Shown one piece after another: positions 12,481 to 26,129 of a stretch of 64,000 nucleotides of DNA. The DNA comes from Macrostomum lignano (Eukaryota). The stretch covers positions 1 through 64,000 of the forward strand of contig NIVC01000508.1 of assembly GCA_002269645.1 (NCBI GenBank). Direction: 5' to 3'. The notes under the pieces were generated by a model. That model saw only the letters and a list, made by a program, of their open reading frames with translations, did no database searches and had not been told where the DNA came from. Position 1 is the first letter of the stretch; every line of letters starts with the position of its first letter. A program made the translations under genes and the position numbers.

Positions 12481-13017
12481 TAGTTCCCAGCACAAACCAG
12501 GGGCCAGATGCACCGGTAAATTATCGCACCGAAAAGACTAGAAACGATCGTAAAAAAAGCAATTTAAACTTGGAAGCGCAATGTCCCTCCAGCAGTTTTC
12601 TAGGGAAATAAATGGCTCGTATTTGCCCAAGAAAAAATAGACATGGAGAGAGAGGGGGGAGCGGTAGAGTTATGGGGCCTGCCAAGGCTTGTTTGCAGCC
12701 CCGATCTTCGCCATCCCACACCCCCTAGAGACCACGCAGGAGATATCCTATTGATTTTGGGCCCGGCTGGCTCCCCGGCTCCCATCCCAGTTCGCCCTGG
12801 ACAGCTGCAGTCGGTAATCACTGCAGCTAATCTCTTCAATCCCCTTTACTCTGCCTCTGGGGTCTCTCTTCTTCCCCCCTTTCTTAATCTTCTTTCCTTT
12901 TTTTCTAACCGAAAAACTGCGCGCCAAAGCCTTCGATTACTTGGCTGCGGCTGAGCGGGACAATTTTCCCCGTGTCTCATTTTGCCTGCACTGCGGGCTG
13001 CCTCAGCTCCTGCTAGC

Positions 13018-13062
13018 GCTCTCTCACTCACTCTCTCTCTCTCACTCTCACTTTCACTCTCC

Positions 13063-13110
<48 letters not shown>

Positions 13111-13134
13111 TTCACTCTCTCGCTCTCACTCTCA

Positions 13135-13167
<33 letters not shown>

Positions 13168-13283
13168 ACTTTCACTCTCCCGCTCTCACTCGCTCTCTCA
13201 CTCTCTCTCTCACTCTCACTTTCACTCTCCCGCTCTCACTCACTCTCTCTCTCTCTCTCACTCTCACTTTCACTCTCCCGCTC

Positions 13284-13370
<87 letters not shown>

Positions 13371-13433
13371 TTCACTCTCTCGCTCTCACTCTCTCTCTCT
13401 CTCTCTCTCTCTCTCACTTTCACTCTCCCGCTC

Positions 13434-13468
<35 letters not shown>

Positions 13469-13572
13469 TTCACTCTCTCGCTCTCACTCTCACTCTCTCT
13501 CTCTCTCACTCTCACTTTCACTCCCTCTCACTCACTCTCACTCACTATAACTCTCACTCTCAAATCACTCTC

Positions 13573-13603
<31 letters not shown>

Positions 13604-13681
13604 TCTCTCACTCTCAAATCACTCTCCGCTCTCACTCTCTCTCTCTCTCTCTTTCTCTCTCTGACTTTCACTCTCCCGCTC

Positions 13682-13766
<85 letters not shown>

Positions 13767-13870
13767 TTCACTCTCTCGCTCTCACTCTCACTCTCTCTCT
13801 CTCTCACTCTCACTTTCACTCCCTCTCACTCACTCTCACTCACTATAAATCTCACTCTCAAATCACTCTC

Positions 13871-13930
<60 letters not shown>

Positions 13931-14251
13931 TACTCTCACTCTCTCTCACTCTCTCTCACTCTCACTCCCTTTCACTCACTCTCACTCACTATGACTCTCA
14001 CTCTCGCTCTCTCTCTCTCTCACTCTCACTTTCACTCCCTCTCACTCACTCTCACTCACTATAACTCTCACTCTCAAATCACTCTCCGCTCTCACTCTCA
14101 CTCTCACTCTTACTCTCACTCTCTCTCTCACTCTCTCTCACTCTCACTCCCTTTCACTCACTCTCACTCACTATGACTTTCACTCTCATATCACTCTCGC
14201 TCCCATATTACTATCACTTTCACTCTCGTTCTCGCTCTCGCTCTCGCTCTC

Positions 14252-14288
<37 letters not shown>

Positions 14289-14325
14289 TTTTAACTCTCA
14301 CTCTCATTCTCACTCTCACTCTCAA

Positions 14326-14387
<62 letters not shown>

Positions 14388-14390
14388 CAC
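13018..14390. repeat. (CT)n/(CTCACT)n microsatellite complex
   Basis: Read directly. Confidence 0.95.
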
Positions 14391-15187
14391 TGTCACTCTA
14401 ACGCTTTCAATATCTCCTACTCTCAGATTCCCACCCTTACTTTTATTTAAACTCTCACTCTGGTACTCTTTCCCAACTTCTCAGCGGCTAGATGCTAGAC
14501 ATTCGAGTAAGAGGGTACTCGAGAATCTGCAACAGACCAAATGCTAGCAGCTTAAGGAGAAGGAAATTGACGCCAGCCCCCCCCCGCCTCATCAGCTTGT
14601 TACTAAGCCAGCAATAAAGCCAATTGCATTCCAATATTATTGACAAGCAGATAATATAAGAAATTGCCAATATTTTAGTAATGAGTTTCTATCGCCAGAC
14701 TGTAATAAATAATAGTTAGTCAAAAGTACATTATTGTTTCCGAGAAAATACATCGAAATCGCTGTCAATCAGTTTGAACAGGCAGAAAAAACTTGTGCTA
14801 CACAGCTGTGCGAGTTTGGCAAAGGGGAAGAGCGTGACTAAAATTTCTGATAAGAAGCAGCCTCCTCTTCATCTACTCGTCTCTTCATTTGCTCTCAGCC
14901 TCCTTTTCCCTCCCTATTTTCAATCATCCAGCTGTGACTTCATTCCTAGGAGAGAAAAGCTAGCCGGGACTTCATCAGCAGAGGGGCGGCTCGCGATTTC
15001 CCAGGGGGAGGGGCTGGATGGGAAACTCAGGATCCAGCTGCTGCTGCTGGTTGTGGAAGCGGCTCTGCTCGGGGCCTCGGACTGAATTTGCGTGTGCGAT
15101 TTTTTGTCAAATTTCGAGGTTAATGAGAAATACGAATTTTATTGCTGGTAAAGGGGACGCTGAGAGTATGATTGCGCTTATTCTTGT

Positions 15188-15870
<683 letters not shown>

Positions 15871-15904
15871 TTCGTTATGCAACCTGTGTCCATCCTCATT
15901 TTAC

Positions 15905-16529
15905 CTGAACCATTCTCAGTCTCGTCTTCCCACTGCCCATCAGCTGCAACATCAGCATCAATCCTGCAAGGTGGCTGCCGCTGACTCTCAGCTGCAGCAG
16001 CTTCATCAGTGACCCGCTCCCTGAGACCGGCAGCCTTCAGGTCAGCCAGAAATCGCTGCTGAAACTCCTCGACAGTCGGCACCGGCTGCACAGCCAGCAA
16101 CCGCAGCTCCGCGTCCAACGCTCGCAGACATTTGACAACTCGGCGTTGATAGCGCTGCCGCTGCAGTTCAGCACGTCTAGCCGCCTCCTCGGCAGTCGAC
16201 AACGCATTGCGACCTCCTTGTCGCTGACCAGCAGAGGTTGCTTGCACTAGCAGCAGCAGTCTCTGATGCCTCGCGTCTACAGTGGCACCAAGACCGCTGG
16301 CTCGTCTGCCGCCAGTGGCTGACAAGCTGCTCGAGTGAGCCAGCAGAAGTTGCAACGACACAAAAACTGCCGAGCAGAGGCACAGAGCTCGAGCTACCAG
16401 TTCGATGCGCCGCTGGTTGGCACCGCCTGCAGCTCTTGTGCTGCGAGGCCGGCTGGCACATTGGAATATTAATGTCATTGCTTGACTGGCATTGCTCAAT
16501 GTCTTTAAGAGTCGATCATTGTCTGTCAC
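15905..16529 (-). CDS. B4GALT: Probable first coding exon of the B4GALT gene (cytosolic tail, type II TM anchor, stem). ATG at 16529 or 16478, donor after 15905. Linking exons are uncertain (candidates 13012-12941 and 15081 to about 14975).
   Basis: GC-rich ORF with hydrophobic ARALCLCSAVFVSLQLLLA, then a coiled stem. It ends in TCAG|GTAAAA in phase 1, matching the phase-1 start of exon 10887. The orientation is the same and no other TM-coding exon was found. Confidence 0.6.
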
Positions 16530-17834
16530 GGAAGCGCGTGCATTTAATTATTATTCTAAATCTAGACTTATAGCTCCGGTTAATCCTGAAGTATAGACAA
16601 ATGACTGCTGCGGAGACTCGTCTGCGCTCGTCTTTGATTGGTCGGCCGGGTCGCACAAGTTTGTGTCCGTTGCCCGTTCCAGCCCTGTACCTCCCAGTCG
16701 CCAACTCGCAGGATAGTCAATTAACAGTTGACTGAGGGCTTTCCTTTATACTGGTGGCTTTATTCGGAAAACGGAAGCACTTGTCGTAGGCACACATGCT
16801 ATTCGGTTTACTATGCACTTTATAAGAAGCCCCAATAAATCTCTAATGATGCCTGACGAGCACAGAAGTTCACGCACGGAGTCTCTGGACGACTCCTATT
16901 GAACTATTATTAACCAAATTATAAACCAAGCATGCATCCTGTACAAGCCATGTATGTTGACATGCTTTTATATAACCTTGACGTTCGGCCTATGTAGAAG
17001 GTCTCTCCAACCAAATTACCATGTACAACGTCGTCCATCGACGGTATATCGATGTCCGGATACGTCGACCGAGGTGTTTGATTCGAGATTGATTTGACCA
17101 ATAAAAATTCGGAAAGAAATTTTAAGAAAATCGGTAGAACGGACTTAAGAAAAATAAGCTTTTTGCAGATCTGGATTGGATTTTACTCGTATCATAGACA
17201 AGAGTCAGTCAAGAAATCTCTGCGCTAGAAAAGTACACTAAAGAGATATCCTATATACTAAAAATGAAATGTCTGTAACTAACTAGCTATGCGATAGATT
17301 TCAGAAAAAATGGCTCAACCGATTTTCTTCAAACTTGCAGCATTCGATCAGAAATGTTCCTGGGACGGTACATGTATCTTGGCTAAGAAATTGCTCAATG
17401 TTAAAGGGATTAAATATTCGAAAAACATGCTTTTTTGCAAAGGTCAAGCCAAATTTTTGACTTGAAATGCATTGTAAGAATGCTAGAGAAAAAACTGACT
17501 GGCTGAATTACGATTGTGATAAAGATTGCATCACAACAAGGTGAAAACAGTGCCACAGAAACGCACACAAGACTTCATTGAAATTGCGTAACCATATTGC
17601 TAACTTGAATTGAGACTGATACTGGCTGACTGAGAAATTGATTATGTCATAACTTTTTACTCTTACCGACTTGCTATAAGTATTGAATTATAAGGGCCAC
17701 AAGTCATGTTCTCCAATTGAAAAGAGATAGCCGGATGCAAACAGACTGGAATGCTAATGTAGCGACCTTGGTTCGAATCTTAGTGGTGAAAAATGTTTTT
17801 TTTTATTAAAACACGTTAAAAAACACAAAATTCT

Positions 17835-20100
17835 CAACATTAAAGAGCCACCATGTCGAAACATTAAAGAGCCACCATTTCAAACATTAAAGAGCCACAA
17901 TGTCAAACATTAAAGAGCCACCATGTCGAACATAAAAGAGCCACCATATCAAACATACAAGAGTTACCATTTCAAACCTAAAAGAGCCACCATGTCGAAC
18001 ATTAAAAAGCCACCATGTCAAACATTAAAGAGCCACAATGGCAAACATTAAAGAGACACCATTTCAAACCTAAAAGAGTTACCATGTCAAACATTAAAGA
18101 GCCGCCAGGTCAAACATAAAACAGACACCATTAAGAACATTAAAGAGCCACCATGTCGAACATTAAAGAGCCACCATGTCAAACATAAAACAGCCACCAT
18201 TTCGAAAATTAAAGAGCCACCATTTTAAACATTAAAGAGCCACCTTGTCAAATATTAAAGAGCCACAATGTCAAACATTAAAGAGCCACCTTATCAAACA
18301 TTAAAGAGCCACCATGTCAAACATTAAAGAGCCACCATGTAAAACATTAAAGAGCCACCATGTCGAACATAAAAGAGGTACCATGTCAAACATTAAAGAC
18401 CCACCAGGTCAAACATGAAAGTGCCACCATGTCAAATATTAAAAAGCCACCATGTCAAACATTAAAGAGCCACCAGGTCAAACATGAAAGTGCCACCAGG
18501 TCAAACATATACATGACTCCATGTCAAACATTAAAGAGCCACCATGTCGAACATAAAAGGGCCACCATGTCAAATATTAAAGAGCCACCATGTCAAACAT
18601 TAAAGAGCCACCAGGTCAAACATGAAAGTGCCACCATGTAAAACATTAAAGAGCCACCATGTCAAACATTAAAGAGCCACCAGGTCAAACATATACATGA
18701 CTCCATGTCAAACATTAAAGAGCCACCATGTCGAACATAAAAGGGCCACCATGTCAAATATTAAAGAGCCACCATGTCAAACATTAAAGAGCCACCAGGT
18801 CAAACATGAAAGTGCCACCATGTAAAACATTAAAGAGCCACCATGTCGAACATTTAAGAAGCACCATGTCAAACATAAAATAGCCACCATGTGAAACATA
18901 TAGGTGACTCCATGTAAAACATTAAAGAGCTACCATACCAGACATATACATGACTCCATGTCAAACATATACGTGACTCCATGTTAGACATTTAAGAGCC
19001 ACCATGTCGAACATTAAAGAGCCAACGTGTTAAAAATACAAGAGCCACCAGGTCAAACATATATATGACTCCATGTCAAACATTAAAGAGCCACCATGTC
19101 GAACATAAAAGGGCCACCATGTCAAATATTAAAGAGCCACCATGTCAAACATTTAAGAGCCACCATGTCAAACATATACATGACTCTATGTCAAACGTTA
19201 AAGAGACACCATGTCAAACATTACAGAGCCACCATGTCAAACATTTAAGAGCCACCAGGTCAAACATGAAAGTGCCACCATGTAAAACATTAAAGAGCCA
19301 CCATGTCAAACATATACGTAACTCCATGTCAAACATTGAAGAGACCCCATGTCAAACATTAAAGAGCCACCACGTCGAACATAAAAGAGCCACCATGTAA
19401 AACATATACGTAACTCCATGTCAAACATTGAAGCGACACCATGTCGAACATAAAAGAGCCACCATGTCGAACATTAAAGAGCCACCATGTCGAACATAAA
19501 AGAGCTACCATGTCAAACATTAAAGAGCCACCATGTTAAACATAAAAGAGCCATCATGTCAAACATATAAGTGACTTTATGTCGAACATTAAAGAGCCAC
19601 CATGTCTAACATTAAAGAGCCACCATGTCCAACATTAAAGAGCCACCATGTCAAAAATTAAAGAGCCACCATGTCTATCATTAAAGAGCCATCATGTCAA
19701 ACATTAAAGAGCTACTTTGTCTAACATTAAAGAGCCACCATGTCAAACATTAAAGAGCTACTTTGTCTAACATTAAAGAGCCACCATGTCAAACATTAAA
19801 GAGCCACCATGTCAAACATTAAAGAGCCACCATGTCAAACATAAAAGAGCCACCTTTTTGAACATTAAAAAGCCACTTTGTAAAACATAGAAGAGCCCCC
19901 ATGTCAAACATAGAAGAGCCCCATGTCAAACATAGAAGAGCCCCCATGTCAAACATAGAAGAGCCCCCATGTCAAACATAGAAGAGCCACTATGTCAGAC
20001 ATTGAAAAGCCACCGTATCAAACATAAAAGAGTTACCATGTACGAGCGTAGAACATAAAAGAGCCACCCTGTTAAACATAAAAAGATACACAATTTCAAA
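17835..20100. repeat. 23-bp minisatellite (ATTAAAGAGCCACCATGTCAAAC)n
   Basis: Unit read directly; about 95 degenerate copies. Confidence 0.95.
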
Positions 20101-20169
20101 CGTAAAAGTAAGCGAATTTTAAAGGAGCCGCTATAATGCTAAGGAAATTGTCGCACTAGCTACTTATTG

Positions 20170-20605
20170 TCTGGTGGATGCTTGCTATTTGGGGATGCTA
20201 TCTATCTTGGGGATGCTTGCTATCTGGGGGATGCTTGCTATCTGGGGATGCTTGCTATCTGGGGGATGCTTGCTATCTGGGGGATGCTTGCTATCTGGGG
20301 GATGCTTGCTATCTGGGGGATGCTTGCTATCTGGGGGATGCTTGCTATCTGGGGGATGCTTGCTATCTGGGGGATGCTTGCTTTCTGGGGATGCTTGCTA
20401 TCTGGGGGATGCTTGCTATCTGGGGGATGCTTGCTATCTGGGGGATGCTTGCTATCTGAGGGATGCTTGCTATCTTGGGGATGCTTGCTATCTGGGGGAT
20501 GCTTGCAATCTGGGGGATGCTTGCTATCTGGGGGATGCTTGCCATCTTGGGGATGCTTGCTATCTAGGGGATGCTTGCTATCTGGGGGATGCTTGCAGTC
20601 TTGGG
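20170..20605. repeat. 18-bp minisatellite (GGGGGATGCTTGCTATCT)n
   Basis: Unit read directly. Confidence 0.95.
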
Positions 20606-21420
20606 ATGATTTCTTTTTGCAATGCACTTCATTTGAGCAGTTTGTCTGTTGTCTTTTTGAAGGATTTTTGGCTGTCTTTTTGTTACTTTAGAAAACAGAG
20701 ATTCTATCCAGATGTCCCCCATCGGGGGGCGAAGATTGCTAGTCAGCAACTGAAATTTCCCTGAAACTTTGCTTGGTTGGTTTGTTTGCTAGGTGCGTGC
20801 ACTGGGTTGCTGATGAGAAAGTCAACACTGATGTTCACCCATATGATCTAGGAGTGTTTGTTTTATGTTCATAGCCTCCTGTGCTGTCTGAAGTCCACTG
20901 ACGCCAACAGCACCCCAGCAAACTAGCTTGTATGTAGCTCGATATGTAAATCACTCTCTTGAAATGAGCCGTTGCTCAGAAATGACATTTTCGCCTATAT
21001 TTATCGATGTCTGCTAACCAGAATTCATGCCTATTGCAGTTCTCTGAAATAGATCTAGACCTAGAAACACACGACATTCAATTCCTCTAGCCCTTACAAG
21101 AATAAGAGCTGCTTGTACTCCGTAAAAAGATGCGTCGAACAAGGTCTCAAAAATCGTTCACTAAAGTTTCTCACTCAAGGATCGCTTGTCTAACGCTGGA
21201 AACCTGGACAGGGTCCAACAAGGACTTAACCTCGACAATTCAGACTGGGGCAACGCTTACGGAAAATCAATAAAAACAGACCCCAGTTCACAACATTCTG
21301 CCACCGAAACAAGGTTTAGCCATAGAAAAAATTTTCCCCAGTCTGAATTGACTGAGTTGAATTTCCGCTAGTTTTTTAGAACTGGACTTTGATCAAAATT
21401 GAATGTGAAATTGTGTATTA

Positions 21421-22321
21421 TAGGATTTTTCGTTTGATTTCATAAAATTGTCATTTGATTTCGTCCATAGAAGTTGGCAGCGCGGCCATAGAGTCTATGC
21501 CAATAAAGTGCGCTGTTTTCCGATTGAATTCATAACTTTGCCACTTCATTTCGACTTGACGCGCGGAGTGACTCAAACACTGCCAGAGGGGGCTGGGATA
21601 TCAGTGGGTGAATATCTATATGAAAAGCCTATACGAACGTGTCCACTTCTTGGGCAACAGTCACCTTCCTTGTGTGCCTAAAAATGGCTGCATACGCGTC
21701 CATTGGAGACCTATAAACGCGGCCAATCGTATTCAACTGCGAACTCTGCCACCGTACTCTCCATTTCTTAACGCCGCGGAGCAGGCACACAGTTGTCTCA
21801 AGGCTTCGCTTAAACGCCAGCTAGCAACACCTGAGCTTCAACAGGAACTTAGCAATCCGCCTGATGGCATCAACCTAACGCAGTGGAGACTCATGGTGCT
21901 TTTCCGCTGCGGCTGCGTTGCACTAGAGGAAATTTCCGCCGCGAAGTGCCTTGCCTGGGAACGACATGTGATGCGGTTTCTGCCCCTGTGCATCAATGAG
22001 CAGCAGATAATGTGAAATTTGTAGCTTGTTGCAGCGAACGAGCATTAACTTTGGCGGACATAACTGATTTCACTGTTGCAACTGTCTACTTCCTCATGTG
22101 ACTTAAATACACAGCTTTCTGTTTCTAACAGTTCTTTCTGTACTGGACAAGCGCATCGAATTTTCTGTTGCCTTTCTACTGGGTATGTCGAAATGAAGTG
22201 GCAAAGTTATGAATTCAATCGGAAAACAGCGCACTTTATTGCCATAGACTCTATGGCCGCGCTGCCAACTTCTATGGACGAAATCAAATGACAATTTTAT
22301 GAAATCAAACGAAAAATCCTA
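21421..22321 (+). mobile_element. Internally deleted IS630/Tc1/mariner DNA transposon (901 bp) with 135-bp TIRs, TA target duplication and a transposase C-terminal fragment
   Basis: 21421-21555 is the reverse complement of 22187-22321 (one mismatch seen). TA flanks at 21419-21420 and 22322-22323. ORF 21608-22015 encodes LPPYSPFLNAAEQAHSCLK, a DDE third-acid motif, and ..CLAWERHVMRFLPLCI. Confidence 0.88.
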
Positions 22322-22925
22322 TACTATAAGTTATAGTAACATTTATTTGAAATAGGAGTTTCATTACAGACGATAAGGAGAAATCTTTCATCAAGCGACA
22401 ATATGGTCTAGCTCACGGTGTGATTCCAATGGAAATGACTCAAAAGTTACAGCTATAGTTTTAGTAAAAATATTATTTCTTTTCTTTGCTGTCCCCCCAA
22501 TGGGGGGCAAAGACCGCTAGTCCAACTGACTATGAAGCAATATCATCGATAGCATCGGTTCACTCGTTTTTGAGCATAGGAATTCTGTTATAATTAAAAA
22601 TAAACACTGCAGCAAACGTTGCCTTAAGCATTAACTGTTTGCTAAGTTGGTGAGCATTCATTTCGCTACTTAATGTCTTTATACGAGCTAGGAGGGGAGT
22701 GCATGGCAATTAAAACCATCTTTCCATTAGAAAGCGAGCCAATTATCTTCACAGCAGAACTTGCATTTTGCATTGAGAATGGGTTAGAAATGCGTTGTCA
22801 ACTCATTGGAAAATAAGAGGCATTCGAAATTTCTAGCCAGAAAATTTTCCCATAAAACCGCGTTGGCACACCAGCTGTTTCTCTCATCCATTGTCTGCAG
22901 TTGCTGCAGCTCTGACTGCTGAATC

Positions 22926-23675
22926 ATGCGGAGCGGCATCATCAGAGTTCGCCTCCAGCTGCTCATGCTGCCACTCCTACTGTGGCACAGCGCGTCAGGA
23001 AGTTTTTACCATCCAAGGCACGGATTCCTCTGCATCCGGCCCGAGTACCAGACTACGGTGTCGGGCGTCACGTCCGACATCCTGTGCGCGGATTTGTGCA
23101 ACAATGACCAGCGCTGTCAGGCCTTCAGCCTGGCTGACGGCCCTTGCCAGCTGTTCGTGTTCGACAAGTGCAGCAAGTCGGTGAGGGACTGCGGCTGCTC
23201 CAGGAGAGGCCGGGTGTTCGTGAAGCAGCAGCCAGGACTCGAGCCGGGCGCGCTGTGTCCGTCAGGCTACGCCATGGACCTGTGCGGAGTGAAGTACAAG
23301 GCCTTGCTGACACGTGCACCTTGGACTACTCAGAGGCAGGCTTGCGAGTCGACCAGCGGCTTGGTGATCATGGCCGATGTGACCAGCAGCGCTGAGATGT
23401 CGCATATCGGACAGCTTTACGTTAACAACTTCACTGGTGGCCAGTCGATGTGGCTTAACGGCCTTCAGGCTCCCGGGAGTGTTGAGCCCGACGGAGGCTG
23501 GAGCTGGGTCACCTGCAGCATCACAGTGGATGCCAGCTTCTGGGCCAGTGGCGAGCCTGACAATGGAGGCGCAAACGGAACCGAAGACGTTATTTTTGCG
23601 AGCACGAAGTTGCGTGACAGCAAAGAGGGAGCCACCCTTGCTGGTCTGTGCGAGTGCCCGTCACCGTTTGATTGA
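22926..23675 (+). CDS. Intronless secreted protein: signal peptide, PAN/apple-like domain and C-type lectin domain (EPD motif)
   Basis: Hydrophobic N-terminus LQLLMLPLLLWHSASG; CADLCNNDQRCQAFSLADGPCQL (PAN-type); CPSGY..W..QRQAC..WLNG..WSW..FWASGEPDN..LCEC (CTLD). A strong pyrimidine tract and AG lie upstream at about 22875-22909. Confidence 0.85.
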   Translation: MRSGIIRVRLQLLMLPLLLWHSASGSFYHPRHGFLCIRPEYQTTVSGVTSDILCADLCNNDQRCQAFSLADGPCQLFVFDKCSKSVRDCGCSRRGRVFVKQQPGLEPGALCPSGYAMDLCGVKYKALLTRAPWTTQRQACESTSGLVIMADVTSSAEMSHIGQLYVNNFTGGQSMWLNGLQAPGSVEPDGGWSWVTCSITVDASFWASGEPDNGGANGTEDVIFASTKLRDSKEGATLAGLCECPSPFD

Positions 23676-23942
23676 CAATGCAATGATTAATAAGTTGCGA
23701 TGTCTTGGTTTTTGGTTTACTAAAACCTACTGATAAAATTAATTAATACTTATTCGTTCCTTTATTACTTCGTCTAGACATCGTCTGACCCACTAAGTTA
23801 ATAAGTTCAAGAATAAAAGTTAAAGAAAAAAGTTTAATTTTCGTTCCAACTGCAAACAAAGCATATACATGTAGGACTGGTGCTTATTTTTTCAACATTG
23901 TTTGTTGACCTGTGTGTAAATGTGAAGAAATCTTAGTATAAA

Positions 23943-24320
23943 GGGGATGTAGCCCAGTGGTCTAGCGGGGCGCTCTGATGTGCCAGTGGCCCAGGCTCGA
24001 TTCCAAGTGCAGTCCCATTAATTTGGGGGGGGGGGCTAAATTGGAATCTCGGCTTGGCTCTGCTCGTGCAATTAACGCCCTTGAGAGCCAACCCCTAAGG
24101 CACAGTGAAGTGTACATGCCTAACGATAAATAAAGTTAGGGCCGCTGTACACTCCTGTGTGAGTGTGTGCCTGTGCGTATGACTGCGTACGTATCCACGC
24201 GCTTGTGTGCCTGCTCAGGGAGTCGGCAGAATGAGCAGTAATGCCTCTCGCCGGTTGTGTGACAATGTCGCTTTAAGTGCGCCGGGGTGCACGCGGCCCC
24301 CTGTCTCTTATAAAAATGTG
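23943..24320 (+). mobile_element. Second, older tRNA-derived SINE-like element; its 3' part has a diverged homolog at about 41320-41475
   Basis: Head GGGGATGTAGCCCAGTGG (A box) and GGCTCGATTCC (B-box-like). CTCAGGGAGTCGGCAGAATGAGCAGTAATGCC..GACAATGTCGC resembles CTCAGGAGTCCGAGGAATGGGCAGAATTGCC..GACAAAGTCGC at 41.4 kb. Confidence 0.5.
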
Positions 24321-25316
24321 TGATACAGCATAAAACATTTTCCAGTCACTCGTCAGAAGCCACTAGACAATCAAACACCTCAACACCAGACACATCATAC
24401 CTCATAACTGTATTCGTAAAGAGAGAGAGAGATACGAGTAATTGCGTGTAGTGTCTAAACGCACGAACTTCCACTTCGAGACCGTGAGTCTGGTAACAAA
24501 ATCGAGTGTTCACTTACTGTCATGGGCTCCTCTGCTTGTCCTTGCAACGCGCGGGGTTCTCTTCTTGAAGTCTGAAGATTTCTTTTTTCCGGGTTGATTG
24601 GTTGTTTACGATATTCAGGGTAAACCTGGTTTATCTTTGCGTTATAAACAGTAACATAATTCAAGGTTTTATTTCTACGAGCGATTTTCCGTTTGCGTTA
24701 CGAGCTACTCTACTTACAGTAGCATTTTGTAACTTAGTGATGCTCTACGAGCTAAACGCATATGCTATAGACTAAATCTACATGACAATGATCACGAGTA
24801 ATTGTAGCCCATTAATAGCGAGGCCAGTAACGTCTGTGTTAGACAGTGCCTCGAAAGCAAAAACTTATTTTAAGAAGCATACCGTAAGTTTAAGAGAATC
24901 GGTTTGTATTATTCTGGGTAGCAGAAATGTTTGTATGCAGTTGCGGAAGCGTTCGCTAAAGCACGCCGCTGCACATTCCCGTGAACCCGGGGGTATCATG
25001 CCAGTACTTTCTTCCACTGTTCAGCAGCATTCCAAATGATAGTCTTTTGTACTGGGTGGGCTTCAAGCTTTCTTCCCAAACTTTATCCCCATCGGCTGGG
25101 AACACCGGGGGCAGGGAAAGTGGCACGTGACGTGTGCTGTACTTGAACTTTTCGCTAAACGAATAGCTGAATTCGAATCTACCTTGATCGTGGCTTAGAC
25201 GAGGATATTATGGGATAACTTGGGAAATCATCGAGATGACTTAAACGCTCTCATCGCGCAGCAGATATACAGGCAAAGATATTCGTCGAGCGGCTTCAGT
25301 CTCACCAGCATTCACA

Positions 25317-25715
25317 ATGGCGTCTTTGCGTGCACCGCCGGCCAGATTCGACACAGAGTGCAACCAGCGACGTCGCAGCCAGTCCTGGAGCGGATCGCGT
25401 CGCTGTCTGGGGCCTCTGGAGCGTGGCCTCTGCTGCGACTCCCGACGAGAGCTGTACCAGCTGAACAGGCTCGCCAGACGGCACATCATGCTGAGAATTG
25501 AGCGAGAAATTCCCTCCAATGCGGAGCAGCGACGTCGGGAAGTTGAAGCGCAGCTTGTCCAGCAACACGGTCAGTTGCTAGGCAACAGAGAAAATGCTAT
25601 AGAGACGGTTGCCAGACTGCAGCGCGAGATGGACCAGATCCGACTGCTCATGCGACTGGCTGAGTGGGCTCACGGGCCGGGGAATTGCAACCCTCTCCGC
25701 CGCGGCTGGGACTGA
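25317..25715 (+). CDS. Possible small single-exon coiled-coil protein (132 aa), unknown
   Basis: GC-rich ORF starting at ACAATGG and followed by AT-rich sequence; no recognised homology. Confidence 0.3.
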   Translation: MASLRAPPARFDTECNQRRRSQSWSGSRRCLGPLERGLCCDSRRELYQLNRLARRHIMLRIEREIPSNAEQRRREVEAQLVQQHGQLLGNRENAIETVARLQREMDQIRLLMRLAEWAHGPGNCNPLRRGWD

Positions 25716-26129
25716 CAGCCTATGGAATATGGAAAGCTCACTTTAAATACATGTCGATGATTACACGCAGTAAATCTCAATGGAAATGTACTAACTAGAT
25801 GCAATGCAATTCCTAAATATCATTTTCTGGCCATATTTCAAAACATGTCTATACTTCCGGGCAAATACATACGTCATTGAAATTGATTTTTAAAGATTAT
25901 AATCTTAATTAAAAAGATTTAGAACTTTGTGCCCATTTTTAATAGCAAAATAATTTTCAGGCCTCGCATTGAACGACACAGGACGCTATGCAAATGTGGA
26001 AAAATGTACATGAGCATTTTAAGAACGTTAAAAAAGTTGTTTGGCCAGTAGACTTTCTTTGATGAAATAATTATAAGAAGAATAGTAAATATATACATAA
26101 AAGATCATTAATTTTATACACTGTTCGGC

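Larger units (their letters stand above)
17249..20742 (+). mobile_element. Putative non-autonomous Helitron-like element enclosing two minisatellite arrays
   Basis: 5' end A|TCCTATATACTAAAAATGAAATGTC at 17249. 3' GC hairpin CCCCC-ATC-GGGGG followed by CTAG|T at 20739-20743. A second similar hairpin plus CTAG|T lies at 22491-22521. Pairing of the two ends is inferred. Confidence 0.45.
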
